Source: a virus (lineage: Duplodnaviria; Caudoviricetes). From it: DNA of 57,507 bases. The notes under the pieces are model-generated. The model was not told where the DNA came from. It did no database searches and worked only from the letters and a program-made list of their open reading frames with translations. This document shows, piece by piece, positions 36,606-46,361 of the stretch (its first letter is position 1; every line of letters begins with the position of its first letter). Where the stretch lies: IMG/VR virus record IMGVR_UViG_3300045944_000157, positions 1 through 57,507 of that record; one strand, 5' to 3'. A program made the position numbers and the translations under genes.

Positions 36606-36788
36606 ATGACCAAGAAAGAACAAGCCGCCGCTCTGCGCAAGCAGATCGAATACCTCAAGCTGACCGAGGGCGCGAAGCTGTTCAATCTCACCGAACGCTA
36701 TCGCGAGAACTCCAAGCGGGCCATCGCCTTCAGGAAGAAGATCGACCGACTGGAGACTGAAATCGAGAAACTAGAGGGGGGCAAATGA
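36606..36788 (+). CDS. Small coiled-coil protein
   Basis: 60 aa, AGGGG RBS. Confidence 0.65.
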   Translation: MTKKEQAAALRKQIEYLKLTEGAKLFNLTERYRENSKRAIAFRKKIDRLETEIEKLEGGK

Positions 36789-36961
36789 AGAAGTTCAAGT
36801 GGACCGAGGAGGAAGACCAACTGCTGCGGCAGTTGGCGCAGCAGAAGGTGGCGCTTGGCTTGATCGCACACAAGCTGCGGCGCTCACGACCAGCCGTCAT
36901 AGCACGGGCAACCAAACTGAAGGTGCCACTCATCCACACTGGGAATGGCTCTCTGCCGTAA
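36785..36961 (+). CDS. GcrA/Myb-like HTH protein, 58 aa (absent from ORF track)
   Basis: KWTEEEDQLLRQL......IA.KL.RSR.AVI.RA.KL. Confidence 0.65.
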   Translation: MKKFKWTEEEDQLLRQLAQQKVALGLIAHKLRRSRPAVIARATKLKVPLIHTGNGSLP

Positions 36962-37018
36962 CCGATTTGTAGGGAGAATTTGAAAATTTTGCGCAAAATT
37001 TAGAGCAGGGGTAGCAAC

Positions 37019-38131
37019 ATGATGGTTCTCGACACAGCTTTGGCGCATGGCGTGATGCTGACCAACGGCATCAAGCAAAAGCTTAAGTATCTCAAACCGT
37101 TCACGAGGCGTTTCGTTTTCAACGCCGACGCATCACACAAGCAGGGACGCTTCGCGATGGAAGCGGCAGACACCATCTGCCGCAACGCCAACTACATCGT
37201 GAAGCCGTATCCCAACACGTACATTGAGATCGACAATCACGCCTGTATCAGGGGCGCGAAGAACGATGTGATGTTCGGTGCCGATGAGAGGATCGGCTAC
37301 CTGTGGACGGAGTACGGGCAGTGCTTCGTCTGCTACGGCAGCGGACACAAGGCAGAGTGGTCGCCCTTCGTCTATGCACAGCACGGCACGGGCGGTGATG
37401 GCGACCGGCTGTGGGAAATCTACGACAAGCAGATCGTCCAGCTTGATGACAGCATGGACGATGAACGGATGACCTACGCCCGGTTCAAGCAGTACCTCAT
37501 GATCGGACAGGTCGCTCCTGATCTGAGGCCGGACGTAAACAAGTTCTCCCACAATCTCACCGATCTCTATGAGATTGGTCTGGCCAGATCAGATATCCCA
37601 ATGGAGGTTCTTGAGGCGGCATTCAACGAGAACATCGGCACCTACAAATATGCACTGGCATGCCTGATGCTGCTGGATGAGAGGATCAAGCGGCAGCTTG
37701 TCCACGTCCCGGCCACACGCAAAGTGATACAGGGCAAGCTGACTGCCGTCGCCAAGCATGACGTGGTGACCATCGATCTTGATGTGCCGACGATCCGCAA
37801 GGTCTATGCCAAAACCGCTCATCAGGGAGGGCACCAAATCGAACATGATGTGTCCGAACACTGGGTCTATTACGACTGCTCGACGCAGTGCCAGCATGAC
37901 TGGCAACCCTTCACCTCAGAGGAAGCGACCGAACGTGACCTGAAGTACGGGCACAAGGAACCACTGCGCCGTGAAGTCTGCTCCGACTGCGGCGGACGGC
38001 GCACCCGCAAGCCATCCTATGTGGCGGGCGATCCCAAGAAGGGATCGACGGTCGGCAAGAAGCGATACCGGGTGATCGCAAGCCAAGAGAAGAACGTTAT
38101 CAACGTGGACTTCAAGAAGAGGAAGGGATGA
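37019..38131 (+). CDS. Hypothetical protein with C-terminal His/Cys cluster
   Basis: 370 aa; H.V..HW, C.H.W, CSDCG. Confidence 0.75.
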   Translation: MMVLDTALAHGVMLTNGIKQKLKYLKPFTRRFVFNADASHKQGRFAMEAADTICRNANYIVKPYPNTYIEIDNHACIRGAKNDVMFGADERIGYLWTEYGQCFVCYGSGHKAEWSPFVYAQHGTGGDGDRLWEIYDKQIVQLDDSMDDERMTYARFKQYLMIGQVAPDLRPDVNKFSHNLTDLYEIGLARSDIPMEVLEAAFNENIGTYKYALACLMLLDERIKRQLVHVPATRKVIQGKLTAVAKHDVVTIDLDVPTIRKVYAKTAHQGGHQIEHDVSEHWVYYDCSTQCQHDWQPFTSEEATERDLKYGHKEPLRREVCSDCGGRRTRKPSYVAGDPKKGSTVGKKRYRVIASQEKNVINVDFKKRKG

Positions 38132-38511
38132 TGTTGCGGATCGCACTCGCTCTCCTCTATATGTCTACTCCCGCATGGGGGCAGACATGTACCATCGTCA
38201 CCGATGGCACCATCGCAATCTACGAACACGAGATCGCACACTGCAATGGCTGGTGGCACGAACCCTTCGCGCCCAATCTCGTGCCGCCACGAGAGTACGT
38301 GCATCCCTACGATGGGTTGCTCACCGTCTATCTCACCGGACATAATTACGGGGAGCACATGGCAATCATGTCGCTGGCCCCGATGGACACCAAGTACATC
38401 TTCAGGTGGGACGAGACGGTCGAGACTATCTGCCGACAGCTTTGGCAGGAGCGGGGGATTGCGGCGTCAAAGAAATTTGAGGGACGCTTGTCTGGCTGCG
38501 CGGTTCCGTGA
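38128..38511 (+). CDS. Secreted protein with HExxH motif
   Basis: Signal-like N-terminus (PAWG), HEIAHCNGW.H. Confidence 0.6.
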   Translation: MMLRIALALLYMSTPAWGQTCTIVTDGTIAIYEHEIAHCNGWWHEPFAPNLVPPREYVHPYDGLLTVYLTGHNYGEHMAIMSLAPMDTKYIFRWDETVETICRQLWQERGIAASKKFEGRLSGCAVP

Positions 38512-38974
38512 GCACGCCGTCCAGTGCCCGCACGCATGTGCGCAGACACGTTACATCGAAGGGCCACGGAATATCCAAGAGAACCAGATCGATAAGAGCG
38601 ATGCGGTACTGCTTGCCCATCGCCTTATCCATTCCCTTAACGATGTAACAGACAGACATCACTGCATTGGCTTTTCGTGCAGCTATCCGTGACGGATCGC
38701 TGTGTGCCACGCCGTTGAAGTCGGGCGACTTCAGCCCGACGAACGTCGCCCGATGCAACTTATGTAGCAAAGCGACGAGCAGACTGTACTCAACCGCACT
38801 GATGGTATCATTCAGCAGCAGCCGGTCGATCTCGCTGTCGTCCAAGACCTTGCCTTGGTATCCATTCGAAGCCGTGAGTTTGGGTACGACAGTGAACCGT
38901 TTCGCCAGTTCAGGCGAACCGTAATCAGTAGCGACGATTGAAGAGGTTTTCTGTTTCGATGAACTCTTCCCCAT
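38426..38974 (-). CDS. Hypothetical protein downstream of primase-helicase
   Basis: D.G.PEL, IDRLL....I motif; start uncertain. Confidence 0.6.
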   Translation of the reverse strand: MGKSSSKQKTSSIVATDYGSPELAKRFTVVPKLTASNGYQGKVLDDSEIDRLLLNDTISAVEYSLLVALLHKLHRATFVGLKSPDFNGVAHSDPSRIAARKANAVMSVCYIVKGMDKAMGKQYRIALIDLVLLDIPWPFDVTCLRTCVRALDGVLTEPRSQTSVPQISLTPQSPAPAKAVGR

Positions 38975-40772
38975 CACGCGCTTCCCGATAACTGGTTGGC
39001 CCATTGGGGGAGTATGGATGAAGGTCATCCATGATGTCTGTCAAGTAGGTATTGGTGGCGGTGTCGTAGAGGATTTCACACTCACCCTCTTTACCCATCC
39101 AGTCGTAGCGGGTCTTCCAGTTGATGAACTTCACCACTCCCGGCTTGTCGGGCACACGATAGACGGTCAGTCCGAAGTCCGCCTTGGAATACCAAGCTGC
39201 CGATCCCGACACATGATAGCCGCGCGGCGGCGGATAGTTGCCGTCCCTGTCCGGCATCAGCTTGGTCGGATGGGCGATCAGCCACAGATGAATGCCGTGG
39301 TACTGCGCCGTCAGGCGCAGCGTCGTCAGCATGTCATCGATCCACTGGGTTTCGTTCACATCCTTGGTCGGGCGGGCAATGTAATTGTAGGGATCGATCA
39401 CCGCACCGGAGATGCCCCACCGGAACACTGCTGTCTTGATGCGCTCGACAATGGAAGCCAGTGAAGCCTTCTGCCCATCGTCCTGCGACAGGAACTTGAA
39501 GTGCTCGTTGATGAACGGCAGGCAGTCTTCCAGTTCCCGCTTGCTCATCCGCTCACCCGCCCTATCCGTCTCAAAGAAATGCTTTTGGGTCAGCATCTCC
39601 GCAAGCTTGGCGATATGAACGTGGATGGGGTTCTCAAATGAACAGATGGCGAACGACTGTCCGTGCCGACGCGCGAGATTGAGCATGAACTGGTCCACCA
39701 TCGTGGACTTGCCGTGACCGGGGATGCCGGTGAGGATCGTCAACAGGCCGGGACCACACGAGTAAAGGTCATCGATGGGTGGCATGCCCGTGAGAATGCG
39801 TTCCCCAAGTCCGTCGTCGTATAGCTTGGTCACGTTGCCCGCAAACGCAGAGGCTTCGTACAACCCTTCAATGGGCCACGGCTCTGCCAGTTCCACACAT
39901 GTCCTAAGTCTTTCCCCACCATGCTTTAACAGGACATCGTTAGCATCCTTGCAATCGTCCGGAAATGCAACCCTCCAGCAACGGTGCTTGCCGATGCGGC
40001 GGGCCAGTTCCTCTGCAAGTTTGGTGCCGGGTTCGTCTGCGTCACTGGCAATGACGATGCGCTTGGCTGCATCCATCTTTTCTTTGGCTGACCACAGGAA
40101 CGCCATCGTCGTCTTGATGTCGGTGCCTTCGTCTCTGGTAAAACTGGATGAGCCATTAGGCACGGAGGTGGCGTTGGCTACGCCAGCCTCACCGAAGGAG
40201 AGCATGTCCATCTCACCTTCGCAGATGATGAAGTCGCTGTTCTTCTCCATGTCCACCAGTTGCAGCCCGCACAATGAACCCAGCGTGGTGTCACAAGTGT
40301 TCGCCTTCTCAGCCATGCAGCGGACCTTGTGCCCCTGCACTCTGCCATTAACGATATACGGGAATGCGACAGCCCAATCCTCACGCCTGAGATCGTGGAA
40401 GTAGGCGAGTGCATTGACCACCCCGTAGGATGCAGCCGTCTCTTCAGAGATGCCGCGCCCCTTGAGGAACTGCTTGGCTATCGGATCAAGGATGGCTTCG
40501 ATCTTCTTGACGGCACCCTTGGCGACCTTCTTCTCCGTCCACTTGGGTTCAGCGTCACGTTTGTCATTCGGATCAAGGCGCACCGCACCTTTGGCATCGC
40601 AGTGAAAGCACATGTACAGTGCCTTCTCGTGATCGATGGTGACGGAGAGGATGCGTGCTTTCTTGTTGGTGCGTGTCTCAGAGCAGGCGAAACAGGTTCT
40701 CCTGTAGTGCCCGCTGCCCTTGGCTAAAGCCCAAACGCGCACCGCATTCTTCTCGTCGTCCGTGTATTGCAC
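38925..40772 (-). CDS. T7 gp4/Twinkle-like primase-helicase
   Basis: CFAC/CFHC Zn finger, CEGEMD, SVPNG, KDAND TOPRIM; GIPGHGKS, IDPYN, AHP.K, SGSA.W..KAD. Confidence 0.93.
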   Translation of the reverse strand: MQYTDDEKNAVRVWALAKGSGHYRRTCFACSETRTNKKARILSVTIDHEKALYMCFHCDAKGAVRLDPNDKRDAEPKWTEKKVAKGAVKKIEAILDPIAKQFLKGRGISEETAASYGVVNALAYFHDLRREDWAVAFPYIVNGRVQGHKVRCMAEKANTCDTTLGSLCGLQLVDMEKNSDFIICEGEMDMLSFGEAGVANATSVPNGSSSFTRDEGTDIKTTMAFLWSAKEKMDAAKRIVIASDADEPGTKLAEELARRIGKHRCWRVAFPDDCKDANDVLLKHGGERLRTCVELAEPWPIEGLYEASAFAGNVTKLYDDGLGERILTGMPPIDDLYSCGPGLLTILTGIPGHGKSTMVDQFMLNLARRHGQSFAICSFENPIHVHIAKLAEMLTQKHFFETDRAGERMSKRELEDCLPFINEHFKFLSQDDGQKASLASIVERIKTAVFRWGISGAVIDPYNYIARPTKDVNETQWIDDMLTTLRLTAQYHGIHLWLIAHPTKLMPDRDGNYPPPRGYHVSGSAAWYSKADFGLTVYRVPDKPGVVKFINWKTRYDWMGKEGECEILYDTATNTYLTDIMDDLHPYSPNGPTSYREARDGEEFIETENLFNRRY

Positions 40773-41064
40773 AGGAAGTTACCCTTAAAAATGAAGAGGG
40801 CATCGCCTAATGGGGTGGAAACCAGCGATGCCCATGTGTCAAGGACCGGATGCTCGTCTGGACAAATGACACTAGAATAGTCTACTCCCCCGGTCGTTAG
40901 CCGACAACCCGAACCCGGTAATTTGTCAAAGAAAAACCCTTCCCGCAGGGTAGGACGGGAAGGGCTCTGACAAGACTGGCTGCACCAGATGCATGGGGGG
41001 GGTAGAGGGGGGCAAGCGGGTGCAGCCACTGCACACCGGAACATAAAGGCAGACAGGTTCTATT

Positions 41065-41550
41065 TCAATAGAGGTAACCTATCAGTTCGAACCGGTTCCA
41101 CGGGACAACGACCAACGGTTCGACAGACCCTTCATCTTTTCGGTCCCGGCGTCCGTCCACCACAATGCGTGGCCTGTGGATCACGTCCCTGAAGTCAGCC
41201 ATATGCACGCTGGCGTTCGGGAAACGCACGGCCAAGTAGCTGGAGTAACCCATCTCAATGAACTGCTTCGCCGCCGTCACCTTGTTCATGGCGATCCAGT
41301 AGCCTTCGCCATAGCCGAAGGGGATGCTCCATCGAAACTTCGCTTCGACAAAAACAATGGCATCCCGCATCTCTTCGTCATCGAACTCCACCTTGACGAA
41401 GGTGTCGGCATCACGGTCCCGGCACAGGACATAATCCAAACTCAGATACCGGGGAAGCTTCTCGAAATTGTCGCAATCGAAACAAGGAAGCAACAGATTG
41501 GCTATCGCTTCCTCATTCTCACGATCTTCATCCGTTTCGCGAAGCGGCAT
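41065..41550 (-). CDS. PD-(D/E)xK-like nuclease
   Basis: LDY...FVEAK.R, GRRDR.D...EP motif. Confidence 0.6.
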   Translation of the reverse strand: MPLRETDEDRENEEAIANLLLPCFDCDNFEKLPRYLSLDYVLCRDRDADTFVKVEFDDEEMRDAIVFVEAKFRWSIPFGYGEGYWIAMNKVTAAKQFIEMGYSSYLAVRFPNASVHMADFRDVIHRPRIVVDGRRDRKDEGSVEPLVVVPWNRFELIGYLY

Positions 41551-41555
41551 CTACC

Positions 41556-41915
41556 CTATCTTTGCAGGACTTCCTTGGCTGCAATGCATGCCTGTCTTGC
41601 GATGTTCAGATCATCGATGCGGCGGACGATTGTCAACCGCACCTCTTCCGTCTCACTAATGTCACGCTCCAGACCGGAGATGATGTTGTCCATCTGCTCG
41701 TTCATGGTGCGCGTGGCTCTGTCGGTGTCTTCGTTGGTTGCCGCCTCGACTGCCTTAGCCATGCCGGTCGGGGTCAGTACCGGACGAGCGAGTTCCGGAC
41801 GGAGGTTCAGTGGCCTCACCTTACTCAAGCCAAGCTGGTCAGGCTTCTTCGGCTCCACCGTCTTCTCCAAGTTCAGTATCTCCTTGGCCAGTTCGTCTTC
41901 ATTGATCATGCTCAT
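41556..41915 (-). CDS. Coiled-coil hypothetical protein
   Basis: 119 aa, coupled. Confidence 0.65.
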   Translation of the reverse strand: MSMINEDELAKEILNLEKTVEPKKPDQLGLSKVRPLNLRPELARPVLTPTGMAKAVEAATNEDTDRATRTMNEQMDNIISGLERDISETEEVRLTIVRRIDDLNIARQACIAAKEVLQR

Positions 41916-42745
41916 GCCTTCAGTTCCTTTACTGCTTCATCGAACTGCGCAAACAAGGCGGTCATCGCAGCCACCTTGGTTTCAAAATCATCAAGCTTTT
42001 TATCCAACGTTTCCGATAGCTTACCGTATTCCTCTATCTTCAGTTGGACTTCCATGAGACTGGTGTTGTAGGTCATGGACCGATCCATGATCTCCCGCAC
42101 CAGACGGTCCACTTCCGCCTTCTCTTTCTCACGGTTGATCTCTGGACCAAAGGTATCCTCACGAATGGCCGCAACCCATTCCTTCGGAACCCCCAGATCA
42201 GTCGCGACCTTCTCATCGTTCCAGTGCCCCCGATAGCCAGTGGTTTCGTCCGCGTATACTTCGTCTAACTTATTGTAAATGATACGTTTATCTGCCCTAC
42301 TCATGGACAGACTGACCGGAGCCTCTGGCATAATCTGTTCCGTGGAAGCATGCAAATTTCCGGTAGAAATTTTCATGTCATCGAACGTGACGGGCGGCGG
42401 TATCGCCGTATCTGTCCGGATGTCGGTGTGCTTGGTCTTGATGTTCGCACCACCATTGGCCCTCTTACCCATGTCTTCACCCCTCCAGTGTTCGGGGCAG
42501 CGGTCGGCACGCTGATGTCCACCCACTCCCCATCCCTTATCCCGAAACCACTTCGCGGCAGCGATGGGATTGATCGCTCCTCGCCGCGAGTAGATCATCG
42601 TGCGGTCGCAATCCCTTGCGCTGCATCGAATGCGGACCCTGTGGAACTGGTCAGTCGGGTCCGCCGCCGTGACCATCTCAAAGCTTCTGTCATGCCTGCT
42701 CTTCTCATGCATCAGCCACTCCTCAACTTGCGGTTCGCATGCCAC
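41912..42745 (-). CDS. Hypothetical protein (Zn-binding, HTH-like, coiled coil)
   Basis: C....C, GW......CP.H; D.KVA..LGVP..WVA.IRE..FG. Confidence 0.7.
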   Translation of the reverse strand: MACEPQVEEWLMHEKSRHDRSFEMVTAADPTDQFHRVRIRCSARDCDRTMIYSRRGAINPIAAAKWFRDKGWGVGGHQRADRCPEHWRGEDMGKRANGGANIKTKHTDIRTDTAIPPPVTFDDMKISTGNLHASTEQIMPEAPVSLSMSRADKRIIYNKLDEVYADETTGYRGHWNDEKVATDLGVPKEWVAAIREDTFGPEINREKEKAEVDRLVREIMDRSMTYNTSLMEVQLKIEEYGKLSETLDKKLDDFETKVAAMTALFAQFDEAVKELKA

Positions 42746-42975
42746 TCTTTCATCTTCTGGGATCGCACTTGCTTTTGATCGTCCGAGTAGGACGGTCTAT
42801 GCCTTGTACCCTTGATAGATGGCAAGGGCAAACCCATCCGGATGAGGTACATCCGCACGCTTGATCCCTCCTTGTATCCGAGTGCCGGAGCCATTTCCTG
42901 TAGGCTCATTCCGTCACGCAGCATCTTGCGTGCCCGCACCACCTTGTCATCCACGTACCCGCCCGCGATAGCCAT
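42712..42975 (-). CDS. Small HTH-like protein
   Basis: GMSLQEMA.ALGY....SVR.YL. Confidence 0.55.
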   Translation of the reverse strand: MAIAGGYVDDKVVRARKMLRDGMSLQEMAPALGYKEGSSVRMYLIRMGLPLPSIKGTRHRPSYSDDQKQVRSQKMKEWHANRKLRSG

Positions 42976-43169
42976 CAGTCGAGCACCTCCTCAAGCTGCT
43001 CTGCAATCTCCCGGCTGATTTCCTCCTTCAGTTCCTCCCGCTCCTGCTCGTCCGCCCACTCTTCGCGCAGGCAGTTCCAGTAGTCGTCGCCGTCATAGAG
43101 GTAGCAAGTCGATGCCGCCTGTGCGTTTGTGACAGAGCACAGCGCAAGCGTGATAAGTAGCAGTCTCAT
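42975..43169 (-). CDS. Small secreted protein
   Basis: AGGAGAAACAAATG start; signal peptide ending AQA. Confidence 0.65.
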   Translation of the reverse strand: MRLLLITLALCSVTNAQAASTCYLYDGDDYWNCLREEWADEQEREELKEEISREIAEQLEEVLD

Positions 43170-43199
43170 TTGTTTCTCCTTCATCTGTTATGGGGAAGC

Positions 43200-43400
43200 C
43201 TCCTCCCTGTCTGGAAAACCGCCAAGAAAACCAGACAGGGAGAAGGGATGGGCGGGGCAGTCGCTACACCTGACGCCCCCGTTCGCAGGGTGACTTGCGT
43301 TATTGTCCCGCCCGCTCCGATCCTTCGGTGAGGAGCCATCCCGAACCGATGGACCGGATTGTTCGACGGTATTCCCGGCCCGGTGATTTATCAACCGGCC
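43200..43400. ncRNA. Candidate structured RNA
   Basis: 12-bp hairpin 43203-14/43231-42; multibranch closed by GGGATGG/CCATCCC. Confidence 0.35.
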
Positions 43401-43538
43401 CTTTCCGCATCACAGATGAATGAGATAACGATTACCGTTATTTATACGGAAAACCCCAAAGAGCCAGATAAGTAATTGATCTTAAAGAATAATGTTTTAG
43501 GAGGTAAGTTCTCACCCGTAGGCGTGTGAACTAACCTC

Positions 43539-43721
43539 CTAACTTCCGGACAATTTAGATTTCTGTCTGGCCAACAACCCAAGGTCTTCCATCATCCGGC
43601 CTTCAACCTTGTGCTCGGCACACAACCACACACCCGGCTTGTCCTTGAACACGCCGAAACCAAAGGCACCCCATCTTCCGCAGTAACAATTGTGCAGGAA
43701 CATCTTGCCTACCTCTGCCAT
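43539..43721 (-). CDS. Small Zn-finger protein
   Basis: H.C.CG.WG.FG......W.C..H. Confidence 0.6.
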   Translation of the reverse strand: MAEVGKMFLHNCYCGRWGAFGFGVFKDKPGVWLCAEHKVEGRMMEDLGLLARQKSKLSGS

Positions 43722-44095
43722 ACGTCAGGTGCCTTGGCGTCTTTCGAATAATCTGTTTCGATGATCTCGCCATCTTTGGTGGCGCTCTCAAACACACGCC
43801 GTCCAACCATCCACCCGCTATCTTCACCAAGCATGACGCAGATAGCATCATTAGTCAGACGTGGTGTGGCGCAACATTCGATATCGATCTGCGTCCACTC
43901 ATCCTGTCCCTTAAGGAACTCGAATGCCGCAGCCTCTGCCTTGTCCAGTGTCGGGAAAAACCTGTCTCGTTCTCCATCATTAAAGAACCAGATGGTCAAC
44001 TGGATTGTCAGCGTGACCACCGGTTGTTCAAACAGATTTTTTTGGACGCAGTTATCCCTATAGCCCACTCTTTTCCCCTTCCCATATTTTCCCAC
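43709..44095 (-). CDS. Hypothetical protein
   Basis: 128 aa; start uncertain. Confidence 0.55.
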   Translation of the reverse strand: MGKYGKGKRVGYRDNCVQKNLFEQPVVTLTIQLTIWFFNDGERDRFFPTLDKAEAAAFEFLKGQDEWTQIDIECCATPRLTNDAICVMLGEDSGWMVGRRVFESATKDGEIIETDYSKDAKAPDVWQR

Positions 44096-44129
44096 CGTGT
44101 TTCCTTTTTTTTCGCTTCGCTACCGGTTA

Positions 44130-44490
44130 TCCCTTCCGGCACCCTCTTAAGCCACGACCCCCCCTACCCCCCAGAGAACAGCGCGAAGTTTCCCGTCGCG
44201 CATTCTGGGGTTAAAGGGGGTGATTGCCACGGGGTCGTCTTCCCCTCCGAACGTTTCCAGCGGCACCTCGTGTGAAGTCCTAAGTTCCACACAGTCGGAT
44301 GGTTAACCCTGCGCCCACGGATCATGCTGGCTACGAGTTGCACGTAGTCTCCCGTGAATGATCGATTGCCCAATCGACGGTGACCAACGACGGTCGTTCC
44401 CCTCGGTCTTGATCCCAAGGTTCGGTCCCTATAGGCGGGACTGGCTATGCGTATGCGCCGGACGGAGGGGATTGGACCCTCTACACCGTA
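44130..44490 (-). ncRNA. Candidate large structured ncRNA / leader
   Basis: Dense nested helices, long-range pair 44241-49/44463-71, TTGACA on minus strand at 44520-25. Confidence 0.5.
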
Positions 44491-44532
44491 GCTTGATTTT
44501 TCACCCCTGCACGGAAGGCTGTCAACCGATAG

Positions 44533-44859
44533 TCAGCTTTCTTTCTGGTTGATCTTTTCCCTGAGAAGGCGACCGTACTTTTTGGCCAGCGAAATCGGCA
44601 GGCCAGCCAGCGTGGTCATCTGGTTGCGCATGTCCTCGACATGCACGTTTGCCAAGTAACAGACGGTATCGAAGTCAGGGCTGGCCAGCCATGCAAAGAC
44701 CTCATCCCTCGCCCGTGGGTCACCCTCGTAGATGTCACGGACTGACTGGCCGATCACTCCCCTCCAGAGACGATACACGGATGACTGTTCGTGGTCGCTG
44801 TGGATCAACCAGCCCGGTGACTGTCTTCTTACGGACCTGTCTATCGTTGACGTAGACAC
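44533..44859 (-). CDS. Hypothetical protein (LWR.VI.Q...D...W..S.DF..VC family)
   Basis: Overlaps RusA 3' end; start uncertain. Confidence 0.55.
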   Translation of the reverse strand: MSTSTIDRSVRRQSPGWLIHSDHEQSSVYRLWRGVIGQSVRDIYEGDPRARDEVFAWLASPDFDTVCYLANVHVEDMRNQMTTLAGLPISLAKKYGRLLREKINQKES

Positions 44860-45157
44860 GTCCTTGCAGGGCGTCGAGGATGAGGCTTTCATCAAGGTCA
44901 GGGCGTCGGCTCGTGTAGTAGATTTCGAGTTCGACATGGACATCCCCAAGGAACATGGGATCAAGCGTCGGACACTGCATGGCGAACGCACTCAGGTAAC
45001 CCAACGCCTCATCGCTTTTGATGAAACGGACTTTGCCGTTGACGTGTACCAGTTTGCGGGAGTTCGCCTTGCTATGTGGCTGACCGAGGATCACCTTGGT
45101 CCATGGAACCTCACGCCCGAGAAGGTTCTGTTTTTTCCTTGCCTTGACATTCTTCAT
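44735..45157 (-). CDS. rusA: RusA-like Holliday junction resolvase
   Basis: G.P.SKANSR, RRPDLD..LILDALQG....NDRQV; start uncertain. Confidence 0.8.
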   Translation of the reverse strand: MKNVKARKKQNLLGREVPWTKVILGQPHSKANSRKLVHVNGKVRFIKSDEALGYLSAFAMQCPTLDPMFLGDVHVELEIYYTSRRPDLDESLILDALQGRVYVNDRQVRKKTVTGLVDPQRPRTVIRVSSLEGSDRPVSP

Positions 45158-45174
45158 GGGTCTGATGCTATGAA
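45144..45174 (+). promoter_or_regulatory. Putative promoter of recombination operon
   Basis: TTGACA-N17-GCTATG (alphaproteobacterial-type -10). Confidence 0.45.
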
Positions 45175-45251
45175 CTGTCGTGTTATCAAACCATGAGCCG
45201 GGAGAAATATCCACCAGTCCCGGCGATCAAATTTTCCAGCGGGGTAGGGCA

Positions 45252-46172
45252 GTGAAGTACACCAACAAATTCAATCTGCCGGACACCATTGTCCGCGCAG
45301 CCTATGTCAACAACGACAAGTACAACAAGGGCGACGTGCACCGGTCGGTGACACAACTGATCCAGCCGCCGCGCATCGACATGCTGCGCAAGGCGCACTT
45401 CGTGGATATGGAGAAAGATATTTCGGAGGAGTGGTGGGCGCTGTTCGGCTCCGCTGTCCACCACATTCTGGAGATGGGGGCTTCCACCCCAACGCTTGTC
45501 GAAGAGCGGCTGGCCTGTGAGATCGATGGCTGGAAGGTGTCGGGGATGATCGACCTTCAGGAGATCACCATCGATGGTCTGGTCTTGTCCGACTACAAGG
45601 TGACCACCGCCTTCGCCCTGATGCAGGAGGAGGTCAAGCCGGAGTGGATCAACCAGTTGAACCTTCTCGCTTATCTGGTTCACTGCAACAAGCCGGAGTT
45701 CAGGATCGCGGCATTGCAGATCGTCGCCATCGTCCGCGACTGGCAGCGCACGCAGGCAGCGATGGATGCCATGTATCCGGTGGCTCCGGTGGTCAGGTTG
45801 AAGGTGCCGCTGTGGTCCGTCAAGCGACAGGAGAATTACCTGCGCGAGCGGGTCAGGCTGCACCGCGAGACGGAGATGCTGCACGAGATCGGGGTGCCGC
45901 TGCCCTACTGCTCCGATGAGGAACGCTGGATGCGCGACAGCAAATGGGCGGTCATCAAGGAAGGGAGTAAGAAGGCGGCACGGGTGTTCTTCAACGAGGC
46001 CGAGGCCAAGGAACATCTCAAGGAAAGGAAGAATGGCTACAAGGTAGAGTTCCGTCCCGGCAAATCGGTCCGCTGTGACGGGGATTATTGCGGCGTAGCT
46101 AAGTGGTGTGAGCAGTGGCGGCACATGAAGGAGCATGACAATGATCAAGCGGAACAGGGTGGTGCCGGTTGA
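45252..46172 (+). CDS. Cas4/RecB-like PD-(D/E)xK exonuclease
   Basis: SVT.L, G.AVH, E.R, SG..D, DYK.T, QLN; C-terminal RC..YC....C. Confidence 0.85.
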   Translation: MKYTNKFNLPDTIVRAAYVNNDKYNKGDVHRSVTQLIQPPRIDMLRKAHFVDMEKDISEEWWALFGSAVHHILEMGASTPTLVEERLACEIDGWKVSGMIDLQEITIDGLVLSDYKVTTAFALMQEEVKPEWINQLNLLAYLVHCNKPEFRIAALQIVAIVRDWQRTQAAMDAMYPVAPVVRLKVPLWSVKRQENYLRERVRLHRETEMLHEIGVPLPYCSDEERWMRDSKWAVIKEGSKKAARVFFNEAEAKEHLKERKNGYKVEFRPGKSVRCDGDYCGVAKWCEQWRHMKEHDNDQAEQGGAG

Positions 46173-46353
46173 TAAAAACCGTGCGGTCATTTACGATGAG
46201 CGGGACTACGAGGCGACAGGCACAAGCTATCTTTCCCATACGGTCTACCTTTCAGAGGAACCGGCAGCGGTGGATACCGGACTGCTTGACGCCAGTGGCA
46301 ACAAGATCATGCGTGATGCAGAAAAACGAACCATCGGGTTCATAAAATTTTAG
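46135..46353 (+). CDS. Hypothetical protein
   Basis: AAGGAG RBS; TGLLDA.G..I.R....IGF. Confidence 0.6.
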   Translation: MTMIKRNRVVPVDKNRAVIYDERDYEATGTSYLSHTVYLSEEPAAVDTGLLDASGNKIMRDAEKRTIGFIKF

Positions 46354-46361
46354 GAGAAACA

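Noticed and set aside
40795-41030. Three large-loop hairpins upstream of primase-helicase as an ncRNA
   Set aside because: Independent simple stems with no higher-order pairing evident.
45252-46172. Cas4 as part of a CRISPR system
   Set aside because: Context is exonuclease-annealase-SSB, a standard phage recombination module.
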